From Candidatus Brockarchaeota archaeon (GTDB lineage Archaea > Thermoproteota > EX4484-205 > JAAOZP01), in the NCBI GenBank assembly GCA_017601225.1, contig JAFNIX010000005.1:55831-119830 (forward strand): a DNA stretch of 64,000 bases. The letters run 5' to 3'. The notes beneath the pieces were generated by a model. It worked only from the letters and a program-made list of their open reading frames with translations. It did no database searches and was not told the DNA's origin. The translations under genes were made by a program, and so were the position numbers. Below are positions 57,543 to 64,000 of this stretch, piece after piece. The first letter of the stretch is position 1. Every line of letters begins with the position of its first letter.

Positions 57543-58301
57543 TTAGAATATCTTTAAAAGGTATTTTGCAAACTTGCAGACCCCTATTTTAGGATCTTCT
57601 TTCTCCTCATACTCTATGGAGATGAACCCATTGTAACCATTGTCTTCAAGGATCCTCTTAACCCTCTCATAGTCAACCTTCATGTTTTCAGAGATGCTCA
57701 CCTTACCATGAATGTGTACTGCATAAGGAACTGTTTTTGCAATGTCTTCATACGTGGACTCCCTGTAGTTACCCAGGTCCAAGTTAACCCTTAACCAAGG
57801 TGAACCCACGCTCTCCACAATCCTTATCACGCTGTCCGCCCTAGCCGTTATCCCTCCGTGATTCTCCAAGGCAATTACAACACCGTTTTCCTCGGCATAT
57901 TTTACACACCTCTTCAAGCCTTCTATCGTCCACATTAATGCCTGTTCCTCTGAATACCCCTCTGGCACGTAGCCACCGAAAATACGTAGAGCAGGGGCCC
58001 CAAGCTCACGGGCAATAATTGCTCCTTCCTCCACGGCCTTTATAATCCTCTCTCTTTCCAGAGGGTCCGGGTTACAGAAGTTCGTTGAGATTCCGGCGCA
58101 GGAGATGGGGAGTCCTCGTGAAAGTGCAATCCTCTTTAACTTCTTGAAATATCCTGATTCTCTTGAAGGAAGCCAGTAGAGCGTCATCTCTACTCCATCC
58201 AGACCAATTTTGTATGCTTCCTCAATGAAATCCTCGTAGCTCATTCTTCCATCCTTAAGATACTCCCTGTAAGAGTAGGCTGCACAACCGATCTTTATCA
58301 T
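57543..58301 (-). CDS. sugar phosphate isomerase/epimerase (xylose-isomerase-like TIM barrel)
   Basis: 252 aa. IKIGCAAYSY..GLDGVEM, ALENHGG and HIHGK motifs. Confidence 0.7.
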   Translation of the reverse strand: MIKIGCAAYSYREYLKDGRMSYEDFIEEAYKIGLDGVEMTLYWLPSRESGYFKKLKRIALSRGLPISCAGISTNFCNPDPLERERIIKAVEEGAIIARELGAPALRIFGGYVPEGYSEEQALMWTIEGLKRCVKYAEENGVVIALENHGGITARADSVIRIVESVGSPWLRVNLDLGNYRESTYEDIAKTVPYAVHIHGKVSISENMKVDYERVKRILEDNGYNGFISIEYEEKEDPKIGVCKFAKYLLKIF

Positions 58302-58380
58302 TCTCCATGCGTGAGTTGAAAAAGGCTATTTATGTTTTTGTCTTCTTTATCGTCTAGCACTGGAATAAAGGCCTGTTAGG

Positions 58381-59130
58381 CTAATACCCGATTTTCCTCA
58401 GGTAACTCCTGTTTTCCAACATGCTTTCGAACGGGCTCCCGGGAGTCCAGTCTTGTTCAACGACAACCCACTTTACTCCCTGCTGCGTCGTGAAGCTAAG
58501 TATGGCTGGAAAATCTATCGAGCCTTTTCCGAGCTCAGAGAATCTTCTGTTTTTCATGTCCTCATCAGATCCGTCTTTTAGATGCAGGTATACGATCCTC
58601 TCTTTATTGGTTTTGATGAATTGAAGCGGGTCTGCCCCGCCAAATTTAACCCAATACGTGTCGACGCATAGTCCGACTAACTCCGGCTCCGTGTTCTGAA
58701 TAATTATTCTTATTCCCCTTTGATTGTTAGCTATTTCATGCCCATGATTGTGGTAGCAGGTTTTAATCCCATGTTCTCTGCAGATTTTCCCAACCGTATT
58801 CAAAAACCCTGCACACTTTAAATAATCTTCCTCCGAACCTTTCCCACCTGGACCGCTAAAAGTCAAGTATTCGCCGTTAAGCTTCTCTAAACTCTTCACT
58901 GCCTGTTCAACCTGGCCGATATCTCCAATACCCATGTGTAATGCGACAAGCCTTAACCCGTTTTCAAACAGAAGCCTCTTCGTTTCCATGATGTCTTTAG
59001 AAACTATTTCCAGCGATGTTTCTATTCCCTCGTATCCTGCTTCTCTTACTTCAGAGAGAACACTTTCAAGGTTCTCAATTGGTTTCACCCCCCAGATGAT
59101 TAGTTGAGCGCCAACCCTTAGGCTACCCAT
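58381..59130 (-). CDS. sugar phosphate isomerase/epimerase (xylose-isomerase-like TIM barrel)
   Basis: 249 aa. GYEGIETS, CYHNHGHE and LHLKD motifs. Confidence 0.7.
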   Translation of the reverse strand: MGSLRVGAQLIIWGVKPIENLESVLSEVREAGYEGIETSLEIVSKDIMETKRLLFENGLRLVALHMGIGDIGQVEQAVKSLEKLNGEYLTFSGPGGKGSEEDYLKCAGFLNTVGKICREHGIKTCYHNHGHEIANNQRGIRIIIQNTEPELVGLCVDTYWVKFGGADPLQFIKTNKERIVYLHLKDGSDEDMKNRRFSELGKGSIDFPAILSFTTQQGVKWVVVEQDWTPGSPFESMLENRSYLRKIGY

Positions 59131-59213
59131 GGTTCTAATGTTTAAAGTTTAAACAATATAAATCTTTCCTAGTCTTAAAGCTTAAATAATGTTTAAGGTT
59201 TCTCCTGTCTACT

Positions 59214-60347
59214 TTGAACATTGATGTGGAAAAATGGGTCAAGAAGGCTAGTTCACTACTGGATCTTGGGAGGATTGATGAAGCAAAAAGTAGGATTGCT
59301 GCAGCATGGAACTTTAAACCAGTAGAAAGACCTCCATTAATAATTAACTGTCCTCCGCCTGAACCCTGGCCTGTCTTCAAATATTATGAAACATATTACG
59401 ATATGGATAAGATGCTTCTGTCTCAATTGGCTTCCGTGTATTCTCACGCCATCTTACAGGACGATGGCATGCCGTGTGTAAGAGCCAATTATGGCGTAGG
59501 TATAATACCGAGCGGATTCGGAAGTGACGTGATTATACAGCCCGATTCAGATCAGATGCCTTGGGTTAAAGAACCCGTTTTAAAGAAGGATCCTCCAGAT
59601 CTAGGGGAGTTGAAGGATCCTCAGTCTCGTCAAAGTTTGATGACGCGTGTTATTGAAACAGAAGAGTATTTCGTTAAAAAACTTGATGGAACCGGAATAC
59701 AAGTATACCTGTGTGACACTCAGGGACCTTTAGACATTGCATATCTTCTCAGGGGGCCGAAGCTACTAAGCGATTTCTACCGGCGTCCAGATTTCGCAAT
59801 AGAGCTCCTTAAGAGAGTTGCCGAAGTGTATGTTGAGTTCTCAGTTGAGCAGAAGAAAATCATTGGTGAGCCTCTTACCCAGGGAGTACATGGGACGCCT
59901 AACGTATGGATGGATAAAGGCGGTGTTAGGCTTTGCGAGGATGTGGCTGTGATGATGAACCCAGCACAATACAGAAAGTTCTGCATCCCTGTTAACGATT
60001 TTTCAGTCAGGCTCTTCGGTGGGGCTATGGGTCATTTCTGTTGCAGCGGGGCTTCAGACGGCAAGCAGGTTCTTGAACCAATCTTGTCGAGCGGAGCATT
60101 TAAAGCATTCTTCTTCGGAAGCCCTGCCAGGTTCTACGGTTTAAAAGAGACCGTAGAGTTGTTTCAGAGGAAGCGCGTATGCCTAATATGGACCGACGGC
60201 CCCGAGGAGGGTGAGAAACCCGAGTCTTGGGTTAGGAAGGTGTCGAATTCTCTAGAGGATAAAACTGGAGTAGTATTCTCAATGAGTGTCGGAAGCTTTA
60301 ACGTTGCACGAGAAATTCTGAACGAATGGGAAAGAGCATTCCGATAG
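59214..60347 (+). CDS. URO-D-like/methyltransferase-like TIM-barrel protein, function unknown
   Basis: 377 aa. Weak resemblance to the URO-D/MtaA fold. Low certainty. Confidence 0.25.
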   Translation: MNIDVEKWVKKASSLLDLGRIDEAKSRIAAAWNFKPVERPPLIINCPPPEPWPVFKYYETYYDMDKMLLSQLASVYSHAILQDDGMPCVRANYGVGIIPSGFGSDVIIQPDSDQMPWVKEPVLKKDPPDLGELKDPQSRQSLMTRVIETEEYFVKKLDGTGIQVYLCDTQGPLDIAYLLRGPKLLSDFYRRPDFAIELLKRVAEVYVEFSVEQKKIIGEPLTQGVHGTPNVWMDKGGVRLCEDVAVMMNPAQYRKFCIPVNDFSVRLFGGAMGHFCCSGASDGKQVLEPILSSGAFKAFFFGSPARFYGLKETVELFQRKRVCLIWTDGPEEGEKPESWVRKVSNSLEDKTGVVFSMSVGSFNVAREILNEWERAFR

Positions 60348-60389
60348 TTATGGAGAAAGCCGTTGGAAAACAGAGTTTAACATTTGCCA

Positions 60390-60734
60390 CTAATGTTCTC
60401 CAACATTTTCCTCTAAATCAGTTTGTTGGGGAGGTGGCCCGATGCGTAACGGCCTGCCTTCACTGAGGGCTTGAGCCGTCTTCCTCCTAGCGTTCTGCAA
60501 AAGCCTCCACACGGTTCCCCTTGAGACCCCCATCCTCCCTCCTGCTTCCTCCTGCGAAAGCCCCTCTAGGTCAACGAGCCTGAAGGCCTCCAGTTCATCA
60601 GGCTCAAGGTAAACAGGCTCCGTTTTTCCCTGTGTTCCAACCGGGTCTAGCCCAGTAATAGGTGGAAGAGCCCCCAACCATACTGGTTTAGGCATCCTTC
60701 CTCTTCGGCCATGCCTATGCCTTCTCCTATACAT
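60390..60734 (-). CDS. DUF134/UPF0251-family predicted DNA-binding protein (sigma-70 region-4-like HTH)
   Basis: 114 aa. The MPKP..YLEPDELEAFRLVDLEGLSQEEAGGRMGVSRGTVWRLLQNARRKTAQAL..GRPLRI pattern matches the DUF134 consensus. Confidence 0.7.
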   Translation of the reverse strand: MYRRRHRHGRRGRMPKPVWLGALPPITGLDPVGTQGKTEPVYLEPDELEAFRLVDLEGLSQEEAGGRMGVSRGTVWRLLQNARRKTAQALSEGRPLRIGPPPQQTDLEENVGEH

Positions 60735-60755
60735 TGCTCAGTAGCCTCCGGGACG

Positions 60756-60806
60756 CAATATTTATATATTTGTGCACAGTCCCAATATTCATGAAAAATG
60801 TGCATA
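60756..60806. promoter_or_regulatory. two direct copies of CAATATT-N8/9-TGTGCA (the first ends in the palindrome TGTGCACA) in the 98-bp divergent intergenic region; candidate operator. A GGAGGTGA Shine-Dalgarno lies 8 nt before the + strand ATG.
   Basis: Read directly: CAATATTtatatattTGTGCACA at 60756-60778, and CAATATTcatgaaaaaTGTGCAT at 60783-60805. Confidence 0.3.
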
Positions 60807-60832
60807 ATCACAAAAAGGAGGTGAATTGAAAA

Positions 60833-61090
60833 ATGAGGTATAGGCACAGGAATCTTTTCTACTTAACCGGTCTCCCCGGATGCCTCAGGTTCGGCTTCTC
60901 CCCTGGATGGTTAGAGCCAGCTCCTGAAGGCAGGCCGCCTGCACCCCCTCCATCTAGAATACTCTTCCCGCCGGCTTATGGTTTGGAGCAGGAGCGAACA
61001 GTGCTTGCACAACAGATTAAGATCTTGGAGTCTCAGCTGGAAGCCGTTAGAAAAAGACTTGAAGAATTAAGCGGTAAAGGAAGTAAGTAG
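60833..61090 (+). CDS. DUF5320-like small protein with C-terminal coiled coil
   Basis: 85 aa. Aromatic/Pro-rich N-terminal part (RNLFYLTGLPG..) and a C-terminal LAQQIKILESQLEAVRKRLEEL heptad region like DUF5320. Strong SD upstream. Confidence 0.4.
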   Translation: MRYRHRNLFYLTGLPGCLRFGFSPGWLEPAPEGRPPAPPPSRILFPPAYGLEQERTVLAQQIKILESQLEAVRKRLEELSGKGSK

Positions 61091-61103
61091 GGGGCGAATA
61101 ATA

Positions 61104-61352
61104 TTGCCGGGCTGGCTCTGCTGGTTCTGGTGGCTGGCATCGCCCTACTGGCATCCTTATGCTCGGTGCTTCTGGAGGCTATACCCATGGTTTCCATTAG
61201 CTTCTCGGAGAGCATTGATGCATGGGCCACTGCTGTTTGCCCTACCCCAGATGACTAGGGAGCAAGAGATAAGTCTTCTTGAATGGCGAAGAAGTCTTAT
61301 CCAGCAGGAGCTCGATTACGTAAACAAGAGGCTTGAGGAGTTAAGGAAGTGA
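61104..61352 (+). CDS. DUF5320-like small protein, tandem paralog (N-terminal frame uncertain)
   Basis: 82 aa. The C-terminal EQEISLLEWRRSLIQQELDYVNKRLEEL parallels the previous ORF. The N-terminal 35 codons are W-rich, and all three frames are open there. Confidence 0.3.
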   Translation: MPGWLCWFWWLASPYWHPYARCFWRLYPWFPLASRRALMHGPLLFALPQMTREQEISLLEWRRSLIQQELDYVNKRLEELRK

Positions 61353-61503
61353 TCGTCTAGGATAAGGGTTTCTTGGGCAAAAGGAATAGGAGGATTTAAG
61401 ACTGAAGCCTGACAGAGAGGGCAGGATACTCCGAAAACTCTAGGAGATGTCGATTAACAGTAAGACGTATATAGATGCAAGTAGTTGAGCATAGTGATTC
61501 AGA

Positions 61504-61875
61504 ATGCGGATTGTAATACCGGTTGAGGAGGATCGTGGCTTGGATTCACGTGTATCTGAACACTTTGGCAGAGCCCCCTTATTCTTGATGCTAGAGCTTG
61601 ATGAGGATGGACGAGTTTTAAAGCAGGAGGCTTTACGCAACGAGGGTGAGCATTTCGGGGGGATGGGTCGGCCTGCAGACCGTATACTTCAGCTTAAGCC
61701 AGATGCAGTCATCGTCCATGGCATGGGGCCAAGGGCACTAAGCATATTCCAACAGGCAAAGATAGCTGTCTTGAAAGCTAACTCTAACCTTGTCAGGGAA
61801 CTGCTCCCATCATATGTTAAAGACGAGCTTGAAGAATTGACTGAAGGCTGTCACCAGGCCCGTCATCAATATTAG
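61504..61875 (+). CDS. dinitrogenase FeMo-cofactor-binding-domain protein (NifX/NafY/NifB-C-terminal-like)
   Basis: 123 aa. RIVIPVEEDRGLDSRVSEHFGRAPLF..DAVIVHGMGPRA matches the Nitro_FeMo-Co domain consensus. Confidence 0.8.
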   Translation: MRIVIPVEEDRGLDSRVSEHFGRAPLFLMLELDEDGRVLKQEALRNEGEHFGGMGRPADRILQLKPDAVIVHGMGPRALSIFQQAKIAVLKANSNLVRELLPSYVKDELEELTEGCHQARHQY

Positions 61876-61913
61876 TCAGAGTCTCTAGCAAGTTTATAAG
61901 TCTGGTTTGTGCA

Positions 61914-62504
61914 TTGTGTTTAACAGCCATGCGTAAAGACTCTGCTTGGGAGAGCATAATCCGCGAGGCGTACGCTGCCTCCAGAGGACTAGGGATTCCA
62001 ACTATAGGTATGGATGACGGCTACGTGCTTTATTCAACAGCCTTCCTAGTGTCTCTACGGTTTGGACGGTTGAAAGCAATGGATGCGGGTGCAGGCGCAG
62101 GGTTTTCAACAGTATGGATTGCCAGAGCCATTTTAGAATCAGGGATTGAAGGCAATGTGCACGCGGTTGAGAAGACGAGCCAGAGATTCAAGAGTCTTAA
62201 GAGTCTTGTGGCTAAGCATCATTTGGAGGGCTTGATCACGCCGGTTAACGGCGATGCGTTTGATCATGCTGGGAAAGTTGAGGAGCTAAATCTGGTCTTC
62301 ATAGATATCGAGAAGGAGCAGTACTTGGATTTTTTCCGTCTGATTAAGAGTAGGATCCCTCGCGGCGGGGTTGTGCTTGCACATAACGTTAACCACCCCT
62401 ATGGTACTGTAGAGGTTTTTCTAAAAGAAGCCTCTCAGGGGGTTTGGAGAACCATCATAGTTCCCACTCAGGCAGGAATCTCTATAAGTGTTAAGACTGG
62501 CTAG
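61914..62504 (+). CDS. class I SAM-dependent methyltransferase (O-methyltransferase family-3/COMT-like)
   Basis: 196 aa. SAM motif I AMDAGAGAGFST, acidic motif II (VFIDIEK) and an overall catechol-OMT-like layout. A TATA-like box and TGTGCAT lie just upstream. Confidence 0.65.
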   Translation: MCLTAMRKDSAWESIIREAYAASRGLGIPTIGMDDGYVLYSTAFLVSLRFGRLKAMDAGAGAGFSTVWIARAILESGIEGNVHAVEKTSQRFKSLKSLVAKHHLEGLITPVNGDAFDHAGKVEELNLVFIDIEKEQYLDFFRLIKSRIPRGGVVLAHNVNHPYGTVEVFLKEASQGVWRTIIVPTQAGISISVKTG

Positions 62505-63370
62505 AACTTTAAAACAGGTTTTTTAACCGATTCTCTGACGCTTTCCTCTATAGCTTTAACGATGGCTACTGGCTCAAGCATATCTTCTTCAGAAAGGATC
62601 CACCGCTTATTGTCAAGCATCTCCTTAATCTTAATCATTCCTTTTTTATAACAGTCCTTTGAGTCAACCTTGGCTGAGAAATGGTTTTTCTTAGTCAAGC
62701 CCTCCAGTGAAAAAACATAGGGCATTTCTGGGGCGATTTTTATTGTTCCAATAAGTTTTTCGTGAATCAGAGTTGCAACAATGTTTTTACTCTTCGCCGC
62801 AGCATAGACTTCTCTTACCCCTGTTCCAGCTATCTCGTTAAAGATTTCTGCACTGTGCACCCCATAGAATATCAATCCGCCGTACTCGCTTTCAAGGTCA
62901 CCTGGCCCGAGCACGCTTAGGAAAACCGGCTCCTCGCTTCCGAACATCTTTTTCAACTCCTGCACAGCATCCGTGAACCTTAAGGTTGAAAAGCTAGTTA
63001 GAAGCGTCTGTTTTTCCTTGACAAGCTCTATAATCCTCTTAGCGTCTGCAACCGTGGCGGCTAAAGGCTTATCCACGAAAACCGGAATCCTGTTTTCGAT
63101 GAACGGCTTCGCATATTCTAGATGTAGTCCACCGTGTCTAAAAACCACGAACGCGATATCAATTTTCCCAATCATCTCGTTTACGTCTGAAACAATGTTT
63201 TCAATACCGCCCTTCTCCGCAACCTCCCTGTTTCTTTTTTCGTCGAACCCGAAGAGGTGTGTTGCTTTGAAACCTGGGACGTAATTTTCCATGTCTATGC
63301 CGTTCGCGATCTGTGAAAAAGTAATCGCATGAGAGTTATCTGACCCGACTATTCCTATTCTGTAAACCAT
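62501..63370 (-). CDS. Gfo/Idh/MocA-family oxidoreductase
   Basis: 289 aa. N-terminal IGIVGSDNSHA Rossmann motif and PVFVDKPLA (EKP-like). Confidence 0.7.
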   Translation of the reverse strand: MVYRIGIVGSDNSHAITFSQIANGIDMENYVPGFKATHLFGFDEKRNREVAEKGGIENIVSDVNEMIGKIDIAFVVFRHGGLHLEYAKPFIENRIPVFVDKPLAATVADAKRIIELVKEKQTLLTSFSTLRFTDAVQELKKMFGSEEPVFLSVLGPGDLESEYGGLIFYGVHSAEIFNEIAGTGVREVYAAAKSKNIVATLIHEKLIGTIKIAPEMPYVFSLEGLTKKNHFSAKVDSKDCYKKGMIKIKEMLDNKRWILSEEDMLEPVAIVKAIEESVRESVKKPVLKF

Positions 63371-63410
63371 GTGAGCGGGCGAGTGAAACGACTTTATAAG
63401 TTTTTCAGGA

Positions 63411-63845
63411 TCATTGTTTTTTCAGCTTGAACAGGAAGTGGCAGCAGTCATCTCCTCTCATTAAAAGCTTGTCTCGAACAAGCTCTATTCCATGATCAAA
63501 TCCTTTCACAACATAGTGGTCGCCGCTGCAGATTATTTTTTCCCCGATATCACTCGCGTTAAACTTTTTAAAGATTTCAGCATGAATACACTTCTTAACG
63601 ATAACTTCTAAGGATTCTTCGCTTTCCTCTAAGACTTCGAACTCGTGGGCTTCACTACTGAACAGGGCTAAGAAATATCTTGGAGACTTATCCTTTGCCT
63701 CTAGGCCACGCTTCCTCCATTCTTCCTCAATCCTCCTATTCCTCCAATCTAATAAAACGTCCAGTGCCTCCTTCCCAAATTCCTTCTCAAGAATCCTGCT
63801 CATCATGATTAAAGAAAAATCTCTGTAATATCTTAATTCGCTCAT
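63411..63845 (-). CDS. ATC-hydrolase-like domain protein (L-2-amino-thiazoline-4-carboxylate hydrolase family fold), function unknown
   Basis: 144 aa. The C-terminal RGDDCCHFLF resembles the family's conserved GDxxCxF end motif. Confidence 0.25.
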   Translation of the reverse strand: MSELRYYRDFSLIMMSRILEKEFGKEALDVLLDWRNRRIEEEWRKRGLEAKDKSPRYFLALFSSEAHEFEVLEESEESLEVIVKKCIHAEIFKKFNASDIGEKIICSGDHYVVKGFDHGIELVRDKLLMRGDDCCHFLFKLKKQ

Positions 63846-64000
63846 TTCTAATCTAAATGATTCTTTTCACTATTAAATCTTTCCTACAGGAACATGAACC
63901 CTATGTAATCTTTTTAAAGAATATCTGCACATAACTAGTGAGGCTCTTGCTTCATCAATCGTCTTTCTATATCCCATTCTACAGAAGAATTAAATAGCCT

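Noticed and set aside
1-64000. Search for CRISPR arrays, integrases/transposases, tRNA or rRNA genes across the window
   Set aside because: No direct-repeat/spacer arrays. No DDE or tyrosine-recombinase motifs in any ORF. No rRNA-like or tRNA-like segments were recognised.

Overview
This 64 kb window reads as an archaeal chromosomal segment, probably from a thermophilic Thermoproteota-type organism. The evidence is: TATA/BRE-like AT-rich boxes about 25-30 bp upstream of start codons with no Shine-Dalgarno (leaderless mRNAs), frequent ATGA/GTGA stop-start overlaps, AGG/AGA arginine codons, about 48% GC, and stand-alone RAM-domain, DUF134 and Trm112 proteins. I found no rRNA, tRNA, CRISPR array, integrase or transposase. 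The content is mostly housekeeping and transport. It contains two convergent P-type ATPases (a 5'-partial MgtA-like gene and a PMA-like gene). It contains a DtxR/MntR regulator with a metal ABC importer. It contains an H+-pyrophosphatase (hppA). It contains a complete purine operon (purF, a purF-like paralog, purD, purE, purS, purL, purQ) with purM elsewhere. It contains trpS, argG, an HtrA protease and a geranylgeranyl-reductase-family gene. Downstream is a glycan/L-rhamnoside utilisation locus: a GH78 alpha-L-rhamnosidase, an HpcH/HpaI aldolase, an MFS transporter, a Gfo/Idh/MocA dehydrogenase, several xylose-isomerase-like TIM-barrel proteins, a GT2, a ROK kinase, a flippase and an ACT+V4R putative sensor. 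The most unusual pieces are: (i) a compact DUF134 regulator / two DUF5320-like small proteins / NifX-like FeMo-cofactor-domain protein / SAM methyltransferase cluster, whose promoters carry a repeated CAATATT-N8/9-TGTGCA motif; (ii) an accessory patch with two tandem stand-alone RAM-domain proteins, a frameshifted MNT nucleotidyltransferase and an overlapping RHH + retropepsin-like aspartic-protease gene pair; (iii) a tandem PurF paralog whose N-terminal Cys nucleophile is replaced by Thr; (iv) an HtpX-like M48 protease with a large N-terminal extension next to a secreted C39-like cysteine peptidase. All family assignments rest on motifs I recognised in the given translations. No database search was run.
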